From Tubulanus polymorphus (lineage: Eukaryota; Animalia; Nemertea), in assembly GCF_964204645.1 (NCBI RefSeq), contig NC_134033.1:6782231-6846230 (forward strand): a stretch of DNA of 64,000 nucleotides. Reading direction: 5' to 3'. The first letter of the stretch is position 1, and the number at the start of each line of letters is the position of its first letter. The notes under the pieces are model-generated. The model did not search any database. It saw only the letters and a program-made list of their open reading frames with translations, and was not told where the DNA came from. Position numbers and translations under genes: made by a program. Positions 38,401 through 48,489 of this stretch are shown here, piece after piece.

Positions 38401-39454
38401 GGATGTTTTTAATTATAACAGGATACTTATCTATCTTATAATTATTTTCAAATTGTTTATAATGAGTTAATCTAAAACTATGTTGTTTATAATCTTCAAC
38501 TGGGTGTAAACAACTTATTATAGCCCATAGAAAACATTTATCATCTTCATTTTGTACATTTATTACAGCATTAGTTTTAAATGGTAGTTTAATATAACTC
38601 GATGCTTTAATATCTGGTTCTTTATAATATGATACATTATTTTCATCGATTGGTTTTGATTTAGTTAACTAATTATATTTTGTGTTATAAACATGTAAAG
38701 TCATAAATATTATTTCATCAAATATTAAACCAGATCCTTCAAAATATATCTCTTCTATTTTAGTTTTTACTTCATTATAACATTTATCTAATTTATCATT
38801 TATATGTTGTTTTGAAATAATATGTTGTGAATGAGAATTTATATTATATATTGGTTTATCTTCAGATTTTATGAATTTAACTTTAGAAGATATACTTATT
38901 TTAGGATATTCAACATCAGTTATTATTTTTATTATTTCTTTCATATTTTCTAAATGTTTTTTATTTTCTTCTAATGTTTTTCATTTATGAAATTTGAACT
39001 CGATAGCTGCTGGGCCAATATCACTTTTAAATGCTTCGGTTATCTCTATATCTTTTTTATTATCTAATGAATTAATATATTTTCTTACATCTTCCATGTA
39101 TGGTCTTTTATTGTTTAGATTATTTTTTATGCTTTTAATTGTCTTCTGTTTCTTATCATTATCTTTATCAAAATAATCTTCACCTAAAATATCATTATTC
39201 TTATTTCTAATATGACTTTTAGATTTTAAATGTTCATTATAATATCTTTTATCACTGAATGATTGATTACATGTATCACATTTGTATGTTTCTTTTTCAT
39301 TCTTTAATTCATCTAATTTAGATTCTAATATATCATCTTTATATTCTAGTTTCAATTTATTCTCTAAATGTGTTTTAGTTTTATTGTGTCTTGCTTTTTG
39401 GGATTTATCTATATTGATATTACATGTTGGGCAGTAGTACTTATTTGCTTCCAT
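35426..39454 (-). pseudogene. Protein-primed DNA polymerase B (intein-free), frameshifted
   Basis: N-terminal zinc fingers, YGDFES (ExoI), EndoVII-like CYYC...DHDH...AHANCN, FHNLSGYD, DSYRFL, YIDANNLYGWAM, KLMNNAFYGK, YFDTDS, FDDKR. Confidence 0.95.
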
Positions 39455-39508
39455 TTTAATACAAAATTTTTTATTAAAATTGATTTTAGAAGTTCAATGA
39501 TTTATATC

Positions 39509-39893
39509 ATGCATTATTTCAATCACACTTTACTAACACTTTTAATGTTTAAAAATCTAACTCACACAAATATGAATATTGAAATAATGTTGTAAATATA
39601 TACTTTTATATTGAATAATCTGTCAATTTAAATGTTATTTATGTATATGATTATTTTAAGAGTAATAGGGGTAATGGGCTTTCAGGTTAAAGGTTGAATG
39701 GTCGAGTTCATTAAAAAACAAAACATTAAAAAGTAATTTAAAACTATAATATATTTTCATAACCATGTGTATTTCAGTTGAATAATAGAATGATTATTAT
39801 TATTAAAATATATTTGATTATATGAATTTGTGTATTGTAAATAAATCAATTGGTCGCGGAGCGGAGCGGTAGCGAAGTGGAGCGACCAATTGA
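39509..39893 (-). repeat. Right TIR, truncated at hairpin apex
   Basis: Reverse complement of 22197-22580 with few mismatches. Confidence 0.9.
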
Positions 39894-40641
39894 AGACTCG
39901 GTGGACGATGAGTCCGTATTGTGGCTGGATGGACCCTCACGTTCCCCCTCTGGTGTTGACTTACGATCCCTTTTTGGCTCCCTCCCACCCTCCCTATCTC
40001 TATCTATCTTGCCTCCATGTACATTCGTCCGCGAAAAGTCATTTCCTCCCAATACTCTATACTGGACGAGTATACATAGGGGGAGTTGATGTCACTGGGG
40101 AAACGGATAATTTCACGGTGGTTGCCTGAAAGGCGACTGCAACAAACTAACCCCATCCCGCTACATAAAGGTGGCAGAATGAACAGGCCGGCAACACTGA
40201 GAAATGAAATGAACATCAATGAGTGGAATATAAATTACGTACCACATACTGGAAAAACATGAACTGGAAAATACAGGAATTTCCTGAATATGCACCGTGC
40301 ATAGTTTTGTCTTGTATTTCTTAGTTCTTGTATATTTTTGAAGGACATGTCAATCCTCAGCCACTATTTGTACGGCTCCACCACGACAGGAATAAACTCC
40401 TGAATAACTTGGAAACTTTAGTACATGTATATTCTAGCATGAAATCGAAATCAAAAAGCACATCACCGTGCGTATGAGTGTTAACGAATCTGTGTCTCCC
40501 GAACTATAGGCTTTCGCACAACAACGAATCACTTGCTCGCAGCTTACGGATAGATAGACCTCCGTCTGTACACCAGGCCTCAATGTTCCGTACCGCTTTG
40601 TATATATGTTTCAGTTGTTTCATGTTATGTTACTTTTTACA

Positions 40642-40813
40642 GAAAATAATTTCACGATACCAGATATTGCAGAAATGTTATCTGTTAGTAAAATGACGGT
40701 AGCAAATCGTTTAAGAGAATATCACATGAAAGTTCGAGATTACTATTGCGTCATCACAGATGAACATCTAGATAGTCGGGTTGCGTACTATATGCAGCTA
40801 TTCCCTAATGCTG
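40642..40813 (+). pseudogene. Exon encoding HTH N-terminus of a probable integrase-like transposase
   Basis: AG|ENNFTIPDIAEMLSVSKMTVANRLREYH...ITDEHLD...FPNAG|GTAAGT. Confidence 0.55.
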
Positions 40814-41674
40814 GTAAGTCTTTTTCCTGGATTCTTTAAGCCCAACACCACCAATAAAAATGCACAAAGCATCATAATAGTGGTATTGCGTGCGCTCTCT
40901 ATATTTTTAATTACTCTCTACATCTTATAACTAATTCATAAATTAAAGGAAGGTTATTCAAATCAATTAAATAACCATTATGATTTCTTATTTTCTTAAT
41001 TTTTAAATTATTGAAATGTGGAATACAAGGTTTAAAATCCGATTCAGCTAAATTATAATTTATTTGAGTTCCAAATTGTTAAACATTTTTTAATGGTAAA
41101 ATAGTTAATAAACCAGAATTACAAATTGTATCGTTAGTTGCTTCAAATGTTTTTGTAGGATCAATTAAATTGCAATAAATATAAAAGTGTGTAAAAGGCA
41201 TTATATTTGAATTAGCGTCTACGTTTCCTGTAACAGTTTGTGGTTTAATTCCTAACAGTTAAGCCAAAGGTTTTCTTACCATAAATGCATGTTTGCTTTC
41301 ATCATCTAACTTTATTTTAATTTTATCAGAACTATTTACAGATTCTTTTGACTTTCAAAAACTGTAGTTTATGATCGACATCTCGCATTTTAAATGCGTA
41401 CAAATGTGCCAAAGTGACACAGTGGGGCACCACCACATGCCATAAGGTAAGCAGTTTTAAGTAATTTTTCATGGGCATCCATGCCTGCAGCCGGGGGGGG
41501 AGTTGTACGTGCAATTGCGTTCTGTAATGCTTAATGTATATGATAAAATGGCCGATTTTGCGTACAGAGGGGGAGGGGGGTTGGAAAATTCAAATTTTAT
41601 GCGTACGTAATAAATGAATGATCTCTAACCGATAGTTCAATTGTAGAATCAAAGAAACTTACAAGTACAAAAGA

Positions 41675-42422
41675 ATGAAATATGAGAAAACGTGTCCAGA
41701 TAATAAAGAAACACTTGAAAAGTTGGAAAAACAATATAATGAATTAGCAAGAAAAACATATTATTGTAAATATTGTAAATTGATTATCTATATAAGTAAT
41801 TCAAATCTACATAATAGAACAATAAAAAATAAAGAAAACGTAAGTAAATACCAAGAACTTAATGAAGATCTATTGCCAAGATATGATAGAAAAAAATGCC
41901 CACAATGTATTTATGAGTACTTAAGACAAGAAAATTCTGTGATATTTTCTAATGAATTTGGATGGCAAAGAAATTTATGGGGTAATAAAAAAACTAGAGA
42001 TATTCTTATAGAACCAAAATTAAAATATCTAGATGAAATGTTTAAGATATTTTCTATGGAATATCATACACCAGAAAATAAGCAATGGATTGAAAAAAAA
42101 ACCTAAAGTAACAAAAGAAGATATAAGAAATATAAAAGAAACGTTCACAAACATATTAAAATATCATGTGGATAATAACATAACAGATTCAATTAATTAT
42201 GAATTCTGTTTAAATAAGATTGTACATTTTTTAAACATCGATATTATAATTCCGTTTGATGAATTAACGAACAGAAAGAAACAAAGAGAGCTAGATGAAG
42301 TGTGGAATAACATAGAACTTTATTTAAATGAGAAAAATGAAATGGAAGAACCTAAACAATTAAATAAAAATGAAGAAACCAGTAGTGATGTAGAGTATGA
42401 TGATCTTGATTTTATGTTTTAA
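41675..42422 (+). pseudogene. VLTF3-like (poxvirus A2 family) late transcription factor, frameshift in A-run ~42095
   Basis: CKYC and CPQC motifs; C-terminal SINYEFCLNKI...KKQRELDEVWNNIELYL resembles the VLTF3 C-terminal pattern (recalled, not searched). Confidence 0.5.
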
Positions 42423-45043
42423 TAACCATAAGGTAATGTTTTTATTCCATCATCCAAAATATATCTCTTATCGTCGAATGGATTTAAGCTAGTTTTTTCA
42501 ACTTCATTAATGTACATCTCGTGATCTTCTAAACAATTCATTTTATGTTTCATAACTATTGAGTTATATAAACACTTAATATAATCTTGAAATTCTATAT
42601 GTTTGTCAACCACATGCTTTGTGATTCCTTTTAACTTTTTAGCTTCATGATCTTTTGTTCTATAACTATTCATTTTACTTCTTATCCCAACAAATACAAT
42701 CATTTCATCACCCCCTAATTCATCTTTAAATTTACCAGGAATTTTTTTATTATCATTGCTAAATAGTTCATGATCTTCTGGATAATTGCTATAGTCAAAA
42801 TGATGTTTTAATGTCATTTGTCTTGATTTTTAGTATGTAACTGTCGGTATTGACCGCTATTAATGGAAATCCACAGTTAAATGTTCCATCATCAGTTGAT
42901 AAATCATAAACATAATCTGATGGCTGATATATTTCAAATAAATCTTTAACTTCGTCAGTTATTTCTATTTCTACATGGCTTAAGTTAAAGCAATTTGGTT
43001 TAGATTTAATCAATCCAATATTCATATTAAAACCTAATGAATTGCATAATAGATTCAATCCTGATATACCAACTTTTCCTTTTTGTGCAAATGTTATTAC
43101 TGGAGAACTCGTAAATTTTTTAGCACCATCTGCTGCATAAAATCCAATGAAGAACCATCTTCTTAAATTATATTTTGCATTTAATACATAATCTGGAACT
43201 ATCTTTTCTTTTGTTGAAGTATTACTTTTCACTAATGCGTGAATATAGAATTCATCATTATATTTTGTGGCAAAATCTTTAGGATTATTTACAAATATTC
43301 TATAAACCGCTGATGATTTCATATGATCCACGATTCTAAATATTTTGTGTGAATAAACATCTTCACAATATTTTTTAATTCTTTCTAATAATTTCAATTC
43401 TTGATTACATAAATACCAACGATATTGAGTGCTATTAACATATTTATACACACTTGCTGAACCATCACCCATGAAAAATCCTGTGATAAAATATTCTTTT
43501 TCTTCTAATGTTTCAGGTTCTATATCATAAATATTATCAATTATTTCATCAAATTACATATGATTCATTCTTTGGAAAAATCTTTTATGTAATAATTCAT
43601 CTCCAATTTTTACATCAGTTGGTTTTATTTCATCACCATTTCGTTTAATTAAACTATGATCTTCTGTAACATCTACAAACCCGAATATAGTTCTAACTCT
43701 ATAAATTTTCTTATTCGTTTTATGCCTAATAATATCTTTTAATTTTTTCCATCCATTTCTTGTCCAAACATCCATTAATCCATTTATTTGTATCAATTCT
43801 TTTTTACCATACGAAATATAAAGTTCATTTTGTTTTGGAATTATTTCTGAAATTCTTCTAATTAATATTTGGTTATTGTATTTTAATAATATTGGGGTAT
43901 CAGCTGTTACAGAATCAAAATATAATATTTCAATATGCTTTTCCCCAAAAAGTGGTTGTAAAACATTATAATAAAAATCATACATTAATAATTTTGATAT
44001 TTCTAAAACAGTTGAACGTATAAATATAGGTTTATGAAATTTCATTGACGTTCTTTTTAATTTTACCGCGGTTAAATAATCTTCAAATCTCTTATTTCCC
44101 TAACTGTCTTGGACTTGATTGTAAATGTCTTAATCTTTCACAATTATTTACTAATTCAATATCATTTCTATTTCTAATATTTTCACATGTTTTTCCATAA
44201 AAACTATTATTCATTAATTTAAGGAAATCTTTTTCAAAATCTGTTTTAGATATGGTTCTCTGTTGAGTATTAAAATCTATATATTTTTCTAACCACTTCG
44301 ATAGATTAAATTCAATATATCTATGTACTTTCTTTAATTTCATTCCTTGTTTTAGATAAAATTGTAACATCCTATAATGAACAATATAATTGTATTTATT
44401 ATTTTGAGTAAGTATTAATTTTTCTGTAAAAACTTGATCTTTCGGTTTTATTTTTTTCTGATATTCACTTAAATATTTATCATCTACGGCTAAATGTTCT
44501 GGGCAATATGGTTTCTTGTGTTAAACTTGATGTTATCAGGATATTCTAAATCAACTACAAAGAAATAACCAATTGGTGCTTCATCTTTTAAACCCATAAT
44601 TGCACTTTTCCAATCAGTTTTATCATCATTATCAACTTTTTTTAATATAACAAATCTATAACATTTTCATCATCATAATATTCTGTTAAATATAAAGCTT
44701 CTAATGTATAATCTTTAATATTTTCACCTTTTGTCTCTGGTTATTGCATTAATTCGAATATATTTATTTTTAAATTATTAACTTTTTCTATTTTAGGAAT
44801 CATTTTTATAGTTACAGGATATTGATCAATTTTATATAATGTTTCATATTTCCGGTAACATATTATTCTAAAACTATGCGTAATATCTTCTGTTGGGTGT
44901 AAACAACTAATAATTGACCATGGAAAACATTTATCATCTTCATTTTGAACATTTATTACTGCTTTTGTTGTAAATGGTAATTTAATATAAGATGATGCTT
45001 TAATATCCTTTTCTGTTGTAAAGTTTGAATCATTTTTAAACAT
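42419..45043 (-). pseudogene. pPolB copy with intein; internal deletion removes exonuclease and motif A
   Basis: SSYIKLP...VINVQNEDDKCF joined near 44640 to GYFFVVDLEYP; KLMNNSFYGK; YFD-[intein]-TDS; GKFKDE; FDDKR. Confidence 0.9.
42849..43913 (-). mobile_element. Intein with LAGLIDADG homing endonuclease in pPolB motif C
   Basis: Block A SVTADTPILL, block B VDVTEDHSLI, ITGFFMGDGS and FIGFYAADGA, block F YVYDLSTDDGTF, block G LIAVN|T; 1065 nt in frame, with one stop at 43554-56. Confidence 0.92.
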
Positions 45044-45133
45044 TTTATTACTTTTTGATGTTTTATTTCTTTTTGTATTATAAACATATAGTATATATTT
45101 TGTATTATAAGATGTATCTGTTTTTCAATTCAG

Positions 45134-47818
45134 CTCCAGTTGCCAACCTGTTGGCTAAACGATTCGGTTTCCGCAAGGTATTCCTCGTCGCTTCGATGTT
45201 AAACAGCGCAGCAGTTTCACTGACATCATGTGTAGATAATTTGTACGTTGCGATAGTCCTGCGAATATTAGCAGGTAATAAAACCCACCAGAATCATTAT
45301 CAGTTTGAGCTCAGAGTTTAATGGTTTCGCTCGCCTAAGCTGATGCGAACGCAAAGCCTGGTCGCGCTTCCTCCATTGGTGTAATATTAATTCGGATGAA
45401 GACAATACATAACCATTTGAATTAACAGTATAATTTATTGACGTTTATTCAACTCTCTGATGATATGGAATTCATCAATGCTTCTGACATATAGTAAACA
45501 ATTAATCTCTGAACGTGATTAACATCGAAATTGCAACCCGGTAAAGGCTGGCTTATGTCGACAAGCAACGCGACGCCTACCGACGCAACTGGGTTTATCG
45601 CCGATTAGCGGCTATTAGCGGCCTACGAGATGCCGCCAGTTGCTGCTCTATCGGTTCGACATAAGCCGGCTTGCGACGGCAATCCGACGCCTACCGACTC
45701 CTCGCAATCCGTATTCGGCTAGTTGCCCATGTTCTACTCCGGCCTACGGTAGGCGGACAGTTGCTTTCGATCGCAACGGACATAAGCTCATATGCGACGC
45801 GACGGAACTGAGTGCAGGGGTTCCAGCCAATATGACACCGCATATACATAGTACAAATTATCACCGCTAGTTAGCGTCATTCGTAATTAGTCATAAACTT
45901 TCAAATTCTTGTAGTTCAAAACGTAAAGCAAACCTTCAGCACGGCAGAGGACTGGACCGAAGATCTAGAAACGAAATTGGCACTCAGGTCGCCCTTACAA
46001 CTGCGACTACAACTGGAAGCGACTGATTCGAGCAACTGACAGCGATCGTCAGCGACTGGTTTTTTGCCAGTTGCGGCGACATGAGCGCGTGTACAACTGA
46101 CACCGACGGGTCGGTGACGGAAAAAGTGCCAGTCGCTATGAGTTAAACATGTTGAACTTTCAGCAACGCGTCGCAGCGACTACTACTAGTTGTGTAGCGT
46201 TTTTGTCGACCTGAGCGATTCTGCAACCGGTTTCCGATATCCAACTAAAATGACCTTCAGTTTGCCGCTGTTTATGGGTTCGAGTCCTGCTGTATAATGT
46301 TTACTAAAACAATTTTATTTAGGCCACTTTTTGTCAATAACCGACTATTTGTTCATTCTATAGAACACTGATAAATAGAACAGTCTCCAGACTCTAAAAA
46401 GTGATTTTTGAACGAAAATGACAAACTACTTTATCGCGCCTCGTGATTAGCAGATTGAATCGAATCGAATTGACGAATCCCTGCAATGAGACGTGGCTTA
46501 ATTTGCTTAAATCAAGAAAAATATCAATATATTCAGTCAGAAACGAAAATGCGCGCTGATAAACATGGGTGGCGCTATTTTGAACAGATCACGTGATAAT
46601 TTGAATCGTGCGTTGCAGCAACGGCCGTAGATTAAGATAAACCGGTCGACAACTACTTTAACTTTTAAACATTTTTATTCTGCTTTTATTCTCCATATAT
46701 GTTTTCACCTGGGGATATGTAGCCTAATTCACTGTAAAGTCCATGAACTGACTAAAGAAAGAAGTGCGGCAAGCAACAACGGCACGAACCATTCGCAAGC
46801 TAGGATGATTGATTCGCCACGACCTAATAGTTCACATTTTCTTTCAGGATATGGTCTCGCAGTACAAATACATTCACTACTTCCATATTTGTTATGCCGT
46901 TTCCGAAAATACGCTGCCTTTGCTCAATGTATCAGAAGCGTTGCGCTGTCAGCAGGAACCTTCGTGTTCTCATTCCTTATCAATTACTGTTTGGGAGAGT
47001 ATGGCTGGCGTGGGTGCTGTTTGATTATCGGTGCAATCGCATTTCAGCAATGGGCGTTAGGGTGTATGTTCACCCAATGGTCCGATCGATCTTCTTTGGA
47101 ACTACATGAAGGTTTTCGCAACGAGCATAATCATAATAACGACAGCCCCAAGCGTCTTCGCGATATTCATCAATTAGATCTTTTTAAACGGAAAGTATTC
47201 TTGGCATTTGTTTTACACTCATTTGTGTTACTGGGAGCCGTCTCTACGATCTACGTGCATATTGTGTCGGGCACCAAAGTTCTATTGGAAATATCCTCTG
47301 AGCAGGCTAGATTTACACTTTCGGCTATTGCTTTGTCGAATTTAGTCGGGCGTTTTATCGTTCCGCTAATGACTAAACACCCCAAGATAGATTCACTCAC
47401 ACTGCATATGATTCTCAACGCACTTCTCGCGATCCAAGTTTGTGTTATCCCATTCGTGAAGGGCAATGTGAGAGCCCAATTAGTCAGCGCGTCTGTAGGA
47501 TTTTTATTATCTGGCTTTGGTTGTTTATATCCGCTAATACTATTAGAACTGTTCGGAAATGAATATCTGTTTATGTCGTATGCTTATAGTGTATTTTTCG
47601 GTGGATTCGCGTATCTGTTCGGCGCTCCAGTTGCAGGTACATAAGATGATTACCAAATTTATTGATATTCAAAATTGTGCCGATTATTGACTACGTTTTG
47701 AAACTGGTCTTTTTCAGGATGGCTTTACGATATTACACAGGACTATGCGATATCGTTTTATTTTTGTGCCGGGTTGCTGATAACAAGTGTTGCGATATTA
47801 ATTCCTGGATGCGTTTAA
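45134..47818 (+). CDS. MFS monocarboxylate-transporter-like (SLC16) gene, last three exons (45134-45274, 46848-47636, 47718-47818)
   Basis: GT-AG junctions in matching phase; APVANLLAKRFGFRKV, EYGWRGCCLIIGAI, NLVGRF, LELFG, GAPVAG|WLYDITQDY. Confidence 0.8.
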
Positions 47819-48267
47819 ACCACACCAAGAACCGGCATATAAATTGCCTGAAAGTATGACTATTATTGTCCAATACGCGTTTATATATATTTACATTCAT
47901 ACTTCATTTAAGTACTTAATTAGTGCACCTCTGATGATTTATCTCTCTCAATACAATTATTATCACTTACCAGACAATATAGTATGTAGACAAGAGCTTG
48001 ACGTATTTTTCTTGCCATGAGGATGGATTTCCTTTATATTGAAAAAGAAAAAAAAAATCAAACGATACAACAATCCTTAAAACATTCTCCACGTCGTGGG
48101 CAAAATATTTCGCCTTATGAGATGACTAAATGTGCTGTCATGGGCAGGTGTTGTCGTCTCATTTGCCAGGGATATATCTAAAAAAATATCATTGAAAAAA
48201 AGTTTATACGGCAATTTTCATTACATTATGATGTAGGAATAAACCATCAAGTGATATTTTCGCATGC

Positions 48268-48300
48268 CAACGAACGAACAAACGAACGAACGAACGAACA
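48268..48300. repeat. (GAAC)n microsatellite
   Basis: CAACGAACGAACAAACGAACGAACGAACGAACA. Confidence 0.7.
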
Positions 48301-48489
48301 AGATATGAAATGTTGTTTTCAGTATATACGTGATATGATTTGGTCTCAGACAAGATTTCTCATTTGCGATGAAAAACTATGACCGTCCATTTGTGTTATA
48401 AATCGAATCGCAACAAAACAAATTCAAAGTTTTAAATATGAATGAAACATACTTTTAGACAAACAAAAACCAAATCAAATCGTAAGAAT

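Larger units (their letters stand above)
22017..39893. mobile_element. Near-complete decayed Polinton/Maverick (adintovirus-like), ~17.9 kb
   Basis: Begins AGT; TIR 22197-22580 is inverted at 39509-39893; integrase, ATPase, capsid genes and pPolB in two convergent blocks; right end truncated so TSD cannot be tested. Confidence 0.93.
40900..45050. mobile_element. Polinton/Maverick fragment 3
   Basis: Penton 3' part (40911-41330, homologous to 34271-34690), plus-strand gene 41675-42422, deleted pPolB 42419-45043. Confidence 0.9.

Noticed and set aside
25677-39454. Programmed frameshifting or alternative genetic code in Polinton genes
   Set aside because: Lesions mix all stop types and indels and differ between homologous copies, consistent with decay or homopolymer sequencing errors.
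39846-40219. Short ORFs spanning the right Polinton junction
   Set aside because: Chimeric across TIR and flank, with no motifs.
45530-46235. Possible MITE in the transporter intron
   Set aside because: Only partial inverted similarity and no definable TSD or boundaries.
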